A stretch of 64,000 nt of DNA from Macrostomum lignano. Taxonomy: Eukaryota. Within the stretch, counting starts at the first letter, position 1; every line of letters starts with the position of its first letter. The stretch lies in the NCBI GenBank assembly GCA_002269645.1, contig NIVC01002863.1, positions 70,358 to 134,357 on the forward strand, in the 5' to 3' direction. Under the pieces are notes generated by a model that was not told the DNA's origin, made no database searches, and worked only from the letters and a program-made list of their open reading frames with translations. The position numbers and the translations under genes are program-made. Below are positions 1-13,789 of the stretch, in pieces.

Positions 1-660
1 GGGCTCCACGATGTAGTCCATCTTGGCGGGAGGCGGGGTGTTACGGTTGCTGCTCTGGCTTATGAATAGCGGAGACTAAAACTAGACTCGGGATGCCACG
101 GACTCGAGAAAATCAAATCTTGTTACTACCCGAGTGACTAGTCTACCGAGTGGTCTGCTGTTCTCACTCTACTGAGTGATCTGCAAACTGTTCTCACTCT
201 ACTGAGTGATCTGCAAACTGTTCTCACTCTACTGAGTGATCTGCAAACTGTTCTCACTCTACTGAGTGATCTGCAAACTGTTCTCACTCTACTGAGTGAT
301 CTGCAAACTGTTCTCACTCTACTGAGTGATCTGCAAACTGTTCTCACTCTACTGAGTGAGCTGCAGACTGTTTGCAACCCTTACCTTCATCTTCTTCTGC
401 GCAGCCCTGTAGTGCACCTCCTCCTCCAAGGCAGCGGCCTTCTTGCTGCTCTCCATAATGATGTTGCGCCAGTCTTCCGTGGGCACATTGAAGCCGCTCT
501 TGAGCGAGAAGGAAGGCAGAGAGGGCGGCTCCACGATGTGCGCGATGACCAGCTGGTCGCCATCCCTGCGGATGTTCTCCATGTAGAACTTGTAGGCCTC
601 CTCGGCGTGGCTGGACCCGTCCAGTGGGATCATGATTTTACGTCCGCCTGTCGCTGCCAT
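1..660 (-). CDS. Universal stress protein (UspA-like) gene, 5' part: exon 1 660..386, intron about 385..22, exon 2 from about 21 running off the window
   Basis: MAATGGRKIMIPLDGSSHAEEAYKFYMENI..GDQLVIAHIVEP matches the USP N-terminal pattern (I.vpvDgSe.s..Al......vHV). GT donor AAG|GTAAGG at 385. A pyrimidine-rich AAG acceptor gives in-frame MDYIVEP; the exact acceptor is uncertain. Confidence 0.8.
158..372. repeat. 30-bp minisatellite, about 7 copies, in the USP intron
   Basis: Unit ctgttctcactctactgagtgatctgcaaa repeated almost perfectly. Confidence 0.95.
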
Positions 661-2122
661 GGCTGCTATTGTGCTGTGAAGGACGTGATGCGATTGGGAA
701 ATAATATGGGAGCTTTATCTGAGAATAGAAATTCATTCTTTATCCTTATCCCATGTTGTGAGGCAGAGCAGCTTCTTCGCCGTCTGCCTCTTGCGCCACA
801 CACCCTGGTTTGATAAGTTTCAAGCGCATCACTAAATGAGTTGTAGAATCGTAATAGTTGCAAAAAAGTCGCTGTAGTAGCGCTTAACATTCTAAGTAAC
901 TTAAGTAGACTGAATAGAGTTGTTTTTATAATACTAATCGTAATGCGATTCTAATTGATAAGTGACAGGTGACGCAGATGCACGCTTTAGACGCAACTCA
1001 GCAACTCGAGGCTGATACGACTGTACGGCCCAGAGTCATCGGAAGCGACCCCAGAGTCACAGACAATAAAAACACACCTTGGCTCTTAGACGACTACCGT
1101 GACATCTCATCGTTTGAGAGTCGTCTAGAGCCACTCCTTTCCTATTTTACCTGCGTTGCCAAGTATAAACGATTCTGGAACGTTTCTTGGCCTGGGTACC
1201 GTTTTCATCGGGTAAATGCCAAGTGTCTTTACTATAATTGTGCTCATTGGGCCGCCTCTAGCCAAGACAGTTACGTGAGTCTATTTTTATACAGAATTAT
1301 GAAGCTCATTTCTGCCAAAGTATTTCATTCACGTGACGCTGCACGGACGCCTGCCTGCCTCCCTATTTATCGGGTCAGAAAGAAGCAGTTAGAAAATGAT
1401 GCGGCTTCGTGCTCAAAAGTGTTCTCCGCTTCCAGGGGTCTCTTACAATGAGAACCGAACATTCTTGGGGGTGTGTGGAAGCACAACTGCAAGCAACGTA
1501 CAGACACAGAAGCAGCGCCACCCTCCCGATCCTCTCCAGTGTCTGCCCCACCTTCACCCACCCCCTCAGAACTGGCTGGATGAGTTGGATTGTTTCCATG
1601 CAAGGCCTGGCTCAGTGCTCGAAATTCTGCTGCTATATTTTCTACAAAGTATTCGGTTTCCATGCGTGTCTGTTTGGTGAGCGAGAGTTCCGGAATGCGA
1701 ATGGACATTCTAGAAACTCAATCAGCTGAGTTAATTCAAACCATCTATTTTTAGAGGCTGATGAAAGCATGATGGATTCGTGTTGGTGGATGAAGTGGAT
1801 GGTCGTCTAAGGCTTGACTCAATTGGACCAAAAGTCAATGACTTTGAGACAGATTCAAACCAAATTTTACCTTAAAATTATTGAAAGTATATTTGAAATG
1901 TATTAGAAATTTACTCACCTAATGGATCAGATTAAGTTGATTTTAAATACGCGTTATAATTAGGCGCTCAGCTTTCTTGTCTAATTTCGCTAATTTAGCT
2001 GTGCAAAGTGGCTAGACGGGCCGACGGCAGTCTCTGAATGCCAAACAAAGCATGCAGGTGCAAAACTGCAAATTCTGCCTATTTATGCTGCATGGAAGCC
2101 GGTCTCGAGGGGGAGGGGCAGA

Positions 2123-2124
<2 letters not shown>

Positions 2125-2209
<85 letters not shown>

Positions 2210-2220
2210 AGAGAGAGAGA
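2125..2220. repeat. (GA)n microsatellite
   Basis: Directly visible. Confidence 0.95.
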
Positions 2221-2360
2221 GAAGTGAAGAGTAAAGAAAACAGCGAGCAGTCACGGCCGTCATGTGCAGTCTCAAAGCTGCAGGATCGATCAGGCTGTGC
2301 AAATTATACGAGCAGTGAGAGACTGGCTGTCTCTGTACCTGCAGGCAGGGTGGGGGCTAC

Positions 2361-2531
2361 GGGGGGGTTTCACAAACTCGAAATTTCACAACGTCGAAAG
2401 CACCTTCTTTCACAAGGTCGAAATTTCGCAAGGTCGTTCGATGTTGTGAAATTTCGACCATGTGAAGTTTCGACCTTGTGAAATAATTTACTTTTCGACG
2501 TTGTGAAATTTCGACCTTGTGAAAGCACCCC
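2361..2531. mobile_element. 171-bp foldback MITE with 8-bp TSD (GGGGCTAC) and GG termini; Merlin- or Mutator-like
   Basis: ggggctac at 2353-2360 and 2532-2539. Arms built of about 16-bp subrepeats (tttcacaaggtcgaaa), inverted about the centre near 2438. Confidence 0.7.
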
Positions 2532-4039
2532 GGGGCTACAATGGACGGGCATATAGGAATAGATCTAATGAATGGTGCATCTCTGGCTTTGGGTGTGGGC
2601 AGCAATTCCGGAGCTCCAGTGCAGATAGCACTAGCAGCATATGCACTCGCCAGAGCATCCATTCGGGTTGCGGTAGTCGGGTTGCTTTCTCGGGTGCATT
2701 GCATGTTCATTGGAAAAAATGAAATGTCTTTCAATTATCGTCCATTAGTCCACGCCTTGGATCGAAAAATTACCAAAAATTTTAGCAAAATGTCTCACTA
2801 AAACTTAACTGAATATAAAAATTACATCTAATGATTCTTTTCTAAATCAGTCATTTTTGCCATTGATCAATCAATGGGGATACATCATAATCATAATAGT
2901 GCTGATAAAAAGAGGTTAGTTTCCTTTTTCAGGCCCGTGGCTTTAATATAACAATTTTCTGCGTCTTGATTTTAAAAAGTGAGGGCTCTCTGTCTCTTTC
3001 CTAAAATTCAGGCTTTAGGCAACGCGACTGTTAATCTTTAAAATTAGGCATGATTATTGTTCTATATCTGGTTTTTGGAGTAATTATTGTTTTTTCATTT
3101 GTTTAAATGTGTTAAAAATCAGCTGTTTAACAACAAAAACCAGTTTTCCTTTTTTATTGTACCGGATTCGTCGTCGAAATTATAGAGCTTTCTTTATCAG
3201 TCGTTACGATCATACAAATTATTCTGACAAGGGTTTTTGTTTAGATTTTCACACTCGCTCTTTAACCGCAAACTTTTTGCTTGAGCCAATAGATAGACAT
3301 CGCTGGCTTATGAAGTTATTTTGCAAAAATTAACACTAGGCCTATTATATAAATAGGATCTAGTTAGTTATTAACAAGTTTATAGTTTATATGGCCATGT
3401 GGGATATTAAACAAGATTCATTTTTCTAAGATGTTTGCAAGCCAAAGTGGGTCCTTCCTTTAGTTAGTCATTTTAGACATGACTCATAGGCCTGAATGTC
3501 TATTAGACACTCAGTCATAGACATTAGACAACTGTCAAGTATGTGATAAGGGCACATGACCAAGATGGCCACATACCAAGATGCCCACAGCTCCAAGTGT
3601 CTAAATAGTTAATGTTAAGCCTAGGTCTATTCATTTCACTCATTTCCTATTGGTAATAATTAGGGAAATATATATGCTATTGCTATATTTGAATTATTAT
3701 AATCACTCCTTTTGGCCTTAGCTTTTATTATAGCCTGACCTATAGATATTCATTCATATAAAGCAAATACAGTAACCTAGTACAAAATATATACCTTTAA
3801 TTATATATTTATTCCACTTTTTGCATAGCATTACAAGTACTAGTAGCAATGGTTTCTTGATAAACTGATAGTGATAGATAGTATTCTACCGTAAGGAAGG
3901 TCCATGTACCATAGCCGTAGCCATAAGAAAAACTATGGGTTATTCCAATTCTCTATATTCTGTAGCCATAGGGACCCCAGTATTACCATATTCCCATAGT
4001 TCCCATAGCTGTCCATTTCGGCGACAAACCATTTTGGTA

Positions 4040-4318
4040 ATACCCATTTTGGTGACAGGTCAATTCAACCAAGAGGGCCTCTTCATGCAGCAGCTTTAGA
4101 AGCTGGTAGAACTGCATGTTGGCCCTCATTGCATGGTGCTGCAGCTTATTGGGCCATCCCTGGGTGTCGTTGTTTGTTCTAATTGATAACTGGAAGACTG
4201 AGAGTTCATGCACTTGCTAGTTAGAGTTGCAGATCCATGTGCCCTAGACATAGTCGCAGAGCTTGTTGAGCTCATCGTCTGTGACTATGCTTCTAAGTGT
4301 GTAAAATGCATTTGCGAT
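4040..4318 (-). pseudogene. Degenerate Mutator-like (MULE) transposase C-terminal fragment
   Basis: ..IANAFYTLRSIVTDDELNKLCDYV*GTWI...SIRTNNDTQGWPNKL..MQFYQLLKLLHEEA resembles the 'W...RTNNxxEGWHxxL...FY.L...L..E' stretch after MULE DDE domains. Contains stops. Confidence 0.45.
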
Positions 4319-4555
4319 TTGGTTCCAGAACCAGAATAATTCCAATTCTAGAACTAGAAGTGATAGGAAGAAAAGCATTGTATTTTTGTATTTTCCTTAA
4401 TTATATTATTTCTCAAAAGATAAAACATTTTTATCTAAAATATGGCCTATACTTTTGAGTTTTCAGTATTCTTTTTGAAATATTTGAAATATGACAATAA
4501 ATTAAGAAAATTTCTCAAACCAAATTCTAGAATCAGATAGCAGTTCTGGAACCAA
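4319..4555. mobile_element. Possible MITE with 13-bp TIR
   Basis: ttggttccagaac (4319-4331) and gttctggaaccaa (4543-4555), plus an inner attctagaa inverted pair. No clear TSD. Confidence 0.35.
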
Positions 4556-4654
4556 TTCTGCACACAGAACAGACAATATAAAAAGCTTTGAACCAATTCT
4601 AGTTTTAGAATCAGTAATGAGCCTAAGTGTAGATATCCTATAGATTGGTATATA

Positions 4655-5964
4655 CATCGTGTGTCAGAAAAGTTCTGGGACTATGCTTATAAAAATTTAT
4701 TAATAAAAATCACTCAGAACCAAAGCTGGCCCCTTCAAAGTAATCCTCCCTTAGATGAACGCACTTGTCCATCCATCTCTGCCAGGCATCCATGCAGCTC
4801 TGGAAGGCTTCTTTGGGAATGCTCCGCAGTTGCTTCGTCGTGGCCCTTCTGATGGCATCTATATCAGGAAATCGAGTACCTTTGAGGACCTCCTTGAGCT
4901 TGGGAAATAGGAAAAAATCACATGGAGCCAGATCTGGTTAGTATGGAGGCTGGTCCAGCACTGTGACATTCCTATCCGCCAGATACTCCCTGACACTAAG
5001 AGCATTGTGAGATGGTGCATTGTCCTAATAAAGGAACCACGACTTGGCCTCCCACAAATCATGTCTCTTGTCTTGCACTGAGTGAAGCAGCCGCTGCAAG
5101 ATCTCCTTGTACACATGCTGATTGATGGTATGACCTTCGGGCAGGAACTCCATGTGCACAATGCCTCTGACATCAAAGAATGCAATAAGCATGAGCTTGA
5201 CCTTCGACCTCAATTGTCACACCTTCACTGGTCTTGGTGATCCTGGTCGCCACCATTCACCACTCTGCCGCTTGGTCTCTGGGTCGTACTCAAAAATCCA
5301 CGACTCATCACCAGTAATCACTCTGTGCAATAAGCTTGGATCAGCTTCAATGTGTTCAAGGATGTCTTGGCACACCTGTAGTCGTCGTTCCTTCTGGTCC
5401 TCGCTCAGCAACTTCGGAACCATCTTGGCATAAATCTTACACATCCCCAGATCCTCAGTCAGAATCTTATGAATGCTGTCATGATTCAAGCTCAACTTGT
5501 CTGCAATCAAGCAAACAGTCAGCCGATGGTTGCTACGAAGCAACATCGCCACTCCCTCAACATTTTCTTCTGTCCTGCTCGTTGAAGGTCTTCCACTCCT
5601 GGCGTTGTCCTCGACCTCCTCCTGCCCCTCTTTGAATTGCTTGTGCCACTCAAAAACGTGGGAGCAAGACATGGTTCAGCCCCATATACTTGCTGCAGCA
5701 GTTCAAGCGCTTCCAAGGCTGATTTCCCCAATCAAACAAGGAACTTCAGATTGATTCGTTGCTCAGTACTCATGGCACAACGGTTGTTACAGAACTTGCC
5801 AAACGTTAATCCTAGCACAAGTTCGCACGAAAATGTTGATTAGCTGAAATTGCAAGACAAAGCACCTGTTATATGCTGCTGAAGTCTACCACAAACCACT
5901 AATTCATAGTGCACCCAGAAGCTGAGCTGTAGGCTCAGTCCTGGAACTTTTCTGACACACCTCG
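4655..5964 (-). mobile_element. Full-length (1,310 bp) mariner transposon with frameshifted DD34D transposase
   Basis: TA TSD at 4653-4654 and 5965-5966. About 28-bp imperfect TIRs (CATCGTGTGTCAGAAAAGTTCTGGGACT vs CGAGGTGTGTCAGAAAAGTTCCAGGACT). HTH region DNARSGRPST, MVPKLLS (WVPHEL-like), ITGDESW, HDNAPSH and PDLAPCDFFLF are split over three frames. Confidence 0.92.
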
Positions 5965-7543
5965 TATCATATTTAGATATAAAAATGCTTGCTAATAAAA
6001 AATATTATTTTGAAAGAGCAACAATTCAAGTAATGTGACATTTATTCATTTTGTTTATATTGATATTATTTTTGTATAGCTTTTTAGCATAGTATACATT
6101 TTTTACAAAAAAGTTCTGGTATAGTTTTCTCAATACCACTTTTTTATTCTATTAAACCTAGAATAAAAGGAATAAAAGGTCATTAGACTATCTCACATCT
6201 TTGAGACTTTAGAACATGCCTTTTAAAGAAAAAAAATGATAGTTTTATGCATATAGGTTTGATTTAGTAATCTATTTGTTGGCATTTAATATATATATGA
6301 TATATATAGTAGATATTATAAAACTTAATTTTTATTGTTCCATTATTATTTTGTAGCATAAAAGAATATATTGTTTCTAATAAAAATGTGTTATTTCTTA
6401 AGGCTAAGCAGTTTTGCTAAAAATATGCAAAGAGTACCAAAGATTATATTAGTAGTGAAACAATTTCTATAATATAGGGCCTACTAGTAGTATTTTACAA
6501 ATGGGAAAGCATAAGTTACTGGATTAACTTCTATGTATATATCATGTAAATTTACATGATAATATATATTTTCCATAGAAAAAATTTAAAAAATCAAACT
6601 TAATAAGGGGTTGGATACTTATGCAGCTCCCCCTTAAATCTTTTACTAGTTTTTTATGTATATGCATTTTATCTCAAAAACATTAAAATATAGTAATAAT
6701 AGAATAACTACTCAAAAATAAGGTCATTTTTACTAAAAGTTTAAAGCCTATTTCAAATTTGCATGTCTTAATTCTATATACTAAATGGTTTATCCTAAAT
6801 TGAAATAATCATATGTTTTAATAGTTTCTCTGTAAAGTTTGTTCATGACTCATAAATTGAATGTTCCTTAAATAAATAAAACAAAAGAAACATATAAAAA
6901 AAGAATTTAAAGTTGATGTGGGTGATAAAAACAATTAAAAAGAGAAAAGAGAATGAGTACAAGTATTAAATAGTTAAAGCCAAAGAAAGAAAAGCTTTAA
7001 ATTGCATGCACAACTTGAAAGTAAATGTTGCAAACAGTGTATTTAAGTTCAGGTATACCAATTTTTATGAAAATATATTGCAATGGCTAGGTAAAATTTA
7101 CAAAGTTGCATATTTATGAATATGTCAATACAAAAATGCTCTTACAGCTTGTATGACCATGGACAGTCCTGAAAAGACACTCATATTGAATAGTCTTTGT
7201 TTTTCTGCAGCTATGAGTTTGCTTTATGGCAAAAAAACAGTCTTTATTACACATGCTTGCACAACCTCCAGAATTACACCAGCTAGGCAACTTAGTTTTT
7301 TTTATTACCAAAAAACAAAGTAAAAAATATTCAATTTGTTATCAAATTTTTAGTCAAAAATAGGTTTGTTGCATATAGATGCCATTATCTAAATTTCTGT
7401 TATTGTAATGTGGTACATGGACTTTGGCCTCAGATAGATCAAGCAAAGCAGATTTTAATTTTACCAACGATTGCCTAATTTCCTAATAAAAACAAGCCAG
7501 TTTTCAAAAACTGCATGCAATTCACTTACTGTACTACTACTAG

Positions 7544-8411
<868 letters not shown>

Positions 8412-8932
8412 GGCTGTCCGGGGCGTCAAAAAGCCATAGACTGCGGCTTGGCCTGGGGGGGGGGCGAATCGCCGATACACAGTATGCCTATCGTTTCAGA
8501 CCGAGCTGGAGACTATAACTATTCTATGCTTAGAGTACTATATTATAATTTATATAATAATTATTAATATTACTGCCCTGTTGCGCTTGTTTTTCAATCT
8601 CAAAGTGGTTTTCTTTGTTAAAAGCGTCAAATACGATCCGGCACATCCTTATAGTAGTCTGTTTATCCCCGCTTACCTGTAATCTGCGCGTAGTCTGGAT
8701 CAGTTAATGGCTTGTCTGTATTGGCACAGCTGTGGGTGAGATAGGTAATTAATTATTACTATTATAACTCAATGCGTCAGCGGGTTGACTGGTGAGTCGC
8801 AATAAATCTTGAAGGGCCTCCCTTACAAACTTAATATTATTTTCAGTAAAGGCTGTCTAAATTTTTTTTTCGCCTTTTAGTCTTCTTTATTTTCGGCTTC
8901 ATGTTTATGCACTAATTTTTCTAGGGTTAAAA

Positions 8933-9227
8933 CTGTACTTTAGGAGAACTGGATGGACCTGTACTTTAAGGGAATTGGGTAGACTTGTACTTTAAAGGAG
9001 TTTGGTGGACCTGTACTTTAAGGGAATTGGATGGACCTGTACTTTAAGAGAATTGTATGGCCCTGTACTTTAAGAGAATTGGATGGACCTGTACTTTAAG
9101 AGAACTGGATGGACCTGTACTTAAATGGAGTTGGGTGGACCTGTACTTTAAAGGAATTGGGTGGACCTATACTTTAAGGGAATTGGGTGGACCTGAACGT
9201 AAATGGAGTTGGGTGGACCTGTACTTT
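8933..9227. repeat. About 26-bp minisatellite, about 11 copies
   Basis: Unit tggacctgtactttaagggaattgga with scattered substitutions. Confidence 0.9.
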
Positions 9228-9450
9228 CGCAGTTTAGTAGGGTTAATTGGGACTTTGGCGGGTCTGCACTCTGGCAGTGATGAACCGTTGGTCATGCTAA
9301 TACTGAGGCAGTGCAGCTGCCGATGCGTTCAGCAACAACTTCTCTGGACCGGCGGGGCCTCGTGACCTTCTTTGTCAGGGGGAGGCTGCGGGGTTGCCGT
9401 CGGTCTGGCTCTGAGCCAAAGGGTGTCTAGCAGAACCGATATTATCCTAG

Positions 9451-11036
9451 CAGCCTACTGGCAGCATTAAAGCCCCCGAATCCCCCCATCCTCAACTTCC
9501 CAAGTCCCAGCCAGCAGCAGCCGACGAACCTCCAGCGGAGGCGGCCACCGAGGCAGAGCAGCAGCAGCCGGCGGCGGCCGCTCCGCGACCGCAGCAAGGC
9601 AAGAAGCGGCGCCGGCGTCCGCAGCAGCGGACATCAGCGGCCGCCGAGGCCCAGGCCGACGCCGACGAGCTTCGCGATCGGCTGCTCAGCCGCGGCAAGC
9701 GGGCTGGCCAGTCCGGCGAGGCCGTGAAATCCGAGGAGCGGCTCCTGCTGCCGCCCTTCCTGACGGCCTCCGGGAACCCCGGCGACGACTCCTCGGCCTG
9801 GTCCGTCACCAACCCCGCAGCCGCTGCCGCCGCGGCCGCCGCGACAGCCGCCGCTGCCGCCGCCGCCTCCAGCGCCGCCGTGAAGCCGGACGTGCAGTTC
9901 CCGGCCGCAGACCGGCTCTGCCGCCAGTCCGCCTGGGTCTGCGCCCTGTGCGGTCGCGGCAACTCCTGCGTGCTCGGCCTGGGGCCGCTGTACGGCCCGT
10001 ACTACCTGCCTGAGGAACTCGTCCAGGAGCGCCTCGTGCCGCTGGGCATCGTGTTCGGCAGCGGCGCCAAGCGCTCCGGCTCCGCCCAGCGGGCTGCTGC
10101 ATCGGCGGCGGGCGTCAGCAGGCAGCGGGTGACGCGGAACGGCGAGGCCTGGCTGCACCTGGACTGCGCGCTCTGGGCTCCGGACCTGCACCTGTCCGCC
10201 TCTGCCGACCCGGCCGGCGGCGGTGGCGGCCTGAAGCTGCGGGGCCTCGCCGAATGCCTCGCTGGTGGCGCAGGCGGCGACTGCGCGGTCTGCGGCATGT
10301 GGGGCGCCCAGGTGGCCTGCGCCCACAGGCAGTGCCAGTCCGCTGCGCACCTGCCCTGCGCCATTGAGGCCGGTGCGTGCCGACTGCTTGCGTTGCTTTT
10401 AATTAGCTGGCGTCCAGGGCTTCTGTTGGTCCGCTCTGGTTTGGCTCTGCCCTCATATCTGTAGACCTTTAATCCTCAGCCTTTCCATCCCGATGAGCCC
10501 TTGAATCCCAATGGCTCCTAATCCCTAGGAGTCCTATAATCTCAGTGGCTCCTAATCCCCATGACCCCTTTAATCCCAATGGCTCCTAATCTCCATGACC
10601 CCTTTAATCCCAATGGCTTCTAATCCCTACTAAGAGTCCTATAATCTCAGTGGCTCCTAATCTCCATGACTACTAATCCCCATGAGCCTTTTATCCCAAT
10701 GGCTACTAATCCCTATTAGCCTTTTACTTTCAATGGCTCATAATCCCTATAAGCCCTTTAAGCCCAATGGCTCCTGATCCCCATGAACCCTTGAGTCTCA
10801 ATGACTGCTAACCCACGTGGCCCTTAATCCCATCGTCTCTTTAATCTCCATAGCTCGTAGCTAAATAAGTCTGTTATTTACTCCCGACTGCTACTGTAAG
10901 TAGTATCCGGCACTCTAAGCCACAGCACTCCCCCTTTCCCGCAGGCTGCCTGCTGGATGAGGAGAAGCTGATCGCCTACTGCGCCCAGCACAGGCAGGGC
11001 GGCGGCAAGGCCGGCCCGAGGCCCCCGGCGAGCTGA
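9451..11036 (+). CDS. Extended PHD (zf-HC5HC2H, TCF20/RAI1-like) protein; join(about 9451..10372,10945..11036); true 5' end unresolved
   Basis: Pre-PHD knuckle WVCALCG..LGPLYGPY, then WLHLDCALWAP...CAVCGMWGAQVACAHRQCQSAAHLPCAIEA|GCLLDEEKLIAYCAQH completed by a GT-AG phase-1 intron (10373-10944). Upstream KKRRRR basic motif and poly-Ala. The frame is open back to about 9451. Confidence 0.8.
10445..10850 (+). repeat. Intronic degenerate repeat of (C/T)TAATCCC-based units
   Basis: Repeated ggctcctaatccc / cctttaatccc motifs filling most of the intron. Confidence 0.85.
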
Positions 11037-11750
11037 ACTGGACTCAGACTGCCCTGCTCAATCCATTTAGCTGTGTAAATAGAGCTGCATTTGTGCCTAC
11101 CTGCAATATCCGGCATCGCGGAGTTTTCCTGCGCAAACTCTAAATTGGTATTTATTTTTTTAACTCATCTTCCTTCGTTTTTCATCTGCAGTGATGAGAA
11201 GTGCAGAAGCTTTTGTAACCTGCAGACAGCATTCTCTGCTTCTAGAAGCTGCTGCGAAGCAGGCTTGTGGGATTAGGGAATGTCAGGGGACTCAACCGCG
11301 CCTCTGAGCAAACAGCGCCTTCTGTGCTCTGCTTCACCTGGCTCTCCACATCTTGCTCTCTTGCAACCCAGCTCCCATTATCCCCACCTGTTTGCCTCTT
11401 CAATTGCCTAAGCTGAGTAACTATGCCGGAGCGGTTCCGGGTCCTCATCTGCGCACCTGCGCCGTCACGGCTGCCTGCTCAGCCAATTTTCAAGCAGCAG
11501 CCCTGAAGGGGGGCTCCCTGAGAGGCCTACGCTGACTTCCCGCCTGGGATGCTTTCTGCATTGTCAGCATTTTTTGTACTTTTTTTTAACACCAATGGCT
11601 GCCTCCCAGATGTCTCGCTAATGATCAAACTAATGAGGCTTTGGCCTGCTACCAAACTGCCTAGCAGCCAGTGTAATGTTTGGCGACAATACGGTAACAA
11701 CTGTGGCACCCTGGCGCAGGGGCCTTGTGAAGAGTTCGCTTTAGCACACT

Positions 11751-11780
11751 AGAGAGAGAGAGGGGGGAAAGGAGAGAGAG

Positions 11781-11840
<60 letters not shown>
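11751..11840. repeat. (GA)n microsatellite
   Basis: Directly visible, interrupted. Confidence 0.9.
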
Positions 11841-11843
<3 letters not shown>

Positions 11844-12814
11844 AGGTCTATTGTCTAAACGCTCGAACTCCCACTTCCAGACCCTAAGCCTGGGAACAAA
11901 AATGTAGTGCACTTACTGTTGCGGGCTCCTCTTCTTCGTCGGGCAGGTTGTCCGAGCTCGTTCCTTGTTTCTTCTTCTTTGTTGCGCGCGTGTGTAGAAC
12001 TTGCTTCTTCCAATCTTCTTCTCCGGAGGAATCTTCTTGAAGTCTAGAATCGGCCGAAAGTGAGAGCGTAGCAATAAAATCGACGTCGCAGTATTCCTCG
12101 AGTGCAGAAATCAATATCAACGATGCGCCCTAATAACAAAATCAACTTCAATACGAGGTCCTCCAAAAGGGCGTCTTCTTCTAGAACTAACGGAATCGGA
12201 GTAGTGTACTCCTATCGGTTAATCTAGGATAACCAAAATCAATAAATTGATAATCTTCTAAGGGTATCGGAATCGGTCCGCAGATCCTATCCAATCCCTT
12301 AGAAAACTGGGAGGCCTCAAACTCAATAGACTCAATAAAATCAACTGAACAGTAACGGCCGCCAATAACAATCGCTCTCAATAATCAAAATAACGAAGTC
12401 TCGAACAAAGCTTACCAATTGGTGTTTATCTCTTCCTCAGAGATGTAGCCTCGTTTGGCTGCTCTTGCAAAGCCCAAGATCTTTGGAGGCTGCTCCGAGT
12501 CTGAGATTTCAGCTCGGATTTTGCGTTTGTATTTATACACAATTTTTCGGCCTTGAGTTGACCTTGAGCTCAAAACCGGTTTTTTATGAGTTCACGAAAG
12601 GAATTTTATTATTTGACAGGTGGGGTTTTTGAATAGAAAGGAGTGAAACTTGGGTCACATTCAGGTTAACATTTACCATATTTGGAAGTTCTAAAAATAG
12701 ATGTCGAGAACCGGTTTTTTCGAACAATAGCATAGCCACTCGCTGTTTGCGTGATATTATTGGTATTACTAAAAATAGAGTATGACACATAGCTATTTTT
12801 AAATTTGTATTCAT

Positions 12815-13110
12815 AATTTTTATGTTACTACTTTTAGTAGGCTACTGTGTTTGGAGATCTCTACACTTGGCGACATCGTTCCGCAGCCGGAGCTGAAGCA
12901 ATTCTGCAACTCTGACTCCTGAAAACGCAGGCAGGCACTGGTGCACACAGTCTGTGTTGCTTGGGTGGTTGGCCCTCGTGAGTATAAATCTATTGACAAC
13001 CAGAGGGCAAATTTACACAAGCCCCAAATGAATGCGCCCGCGCAAGGAATCGAACTAAGGGTTGGGTTACACGAGTCAGGCGCGTTCACCCCGCTGAGCC
13101 GCTCCACCCG
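12815..13110 (-). mobile_element. Probable tRNA-derived SINE
   Basis: Minus strand GGTGGAGCGGCTCAGCGGG (A-box-like) and AGTTCGATTCC (B-box). The acceptor stem does not pair. About 220-bp body ending in an A/T-rich tail; shares gaattgcttcagctc with the SINE at 58.3 kb. Confidence 0.5.
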
Positions 13111-13789
13111 CGTATTTTGTGGCAAGACATTTCGGTTGAAAGGAAATTAGCAAGCAAGATTGTGCTGGCATCTTGGTCTTGTCACGTGTGCTCAGCTTCT
13201 ACTTTGCATCACCCCAGTGCGCTTATAATTGGAGTTTGCTTTGTAGCCTAGCTATCTTTTTACAGGTATTGCAAACAGAATCCCACGGTGCGGATGCAGC
13301 AAGTGGAGGCTGTCGCCAATCAGTTTCTGTTCCGTCTCCTGCATGCCAAGCAACAGGCATTCATATTGCATTCCAAAGTCGCTCCGAAACGGTACTCAAA
13401 TTCCATCGCTGAGGCATGCAGGCAATTTAGTAAAACAGAAGAGTAGAACAATTTTAACAGTGAAAACTTGACCACCAGAGCCAGCATGCTTGTCAACATG
13501 CTCTGCTAGAAATTTGACAGAAAGCTGTATTATATTTTGGTTAAGTTTGGGTGGGATTGAATGTACTTAATTAAGAAAGGTACTTGATTAGCTCGTAAAT
13601 AAGCAGGTGGTTGTGTTCGTCTGACGTGGCTTGCAACAGAGAGAATAGTCTGCTTTATATATTTCAGATTGAAGTTAAAAGATTATAAAATTGTAATGAG
13701 CTTTTCTATTTTCTCATGCTTCAGATGGTTAGAAATGTCGCTAGTGTTTTCAATTTTTTTCCGATACAGGCCCACCAAGTGTGGCCAAC

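Noticed and set aside
11884-12530. Possible small minus-strand exons with GTAAG donors (near 12417 and 11917)
   Set aside because: Could not assemble a stop-free spliced frame or recognise a family.
13034-13108. Functional tRNA gene
   Set aside because: A and B boxes are present, but the acceptor and anticodon stems do not pair; treated as a SINE head.
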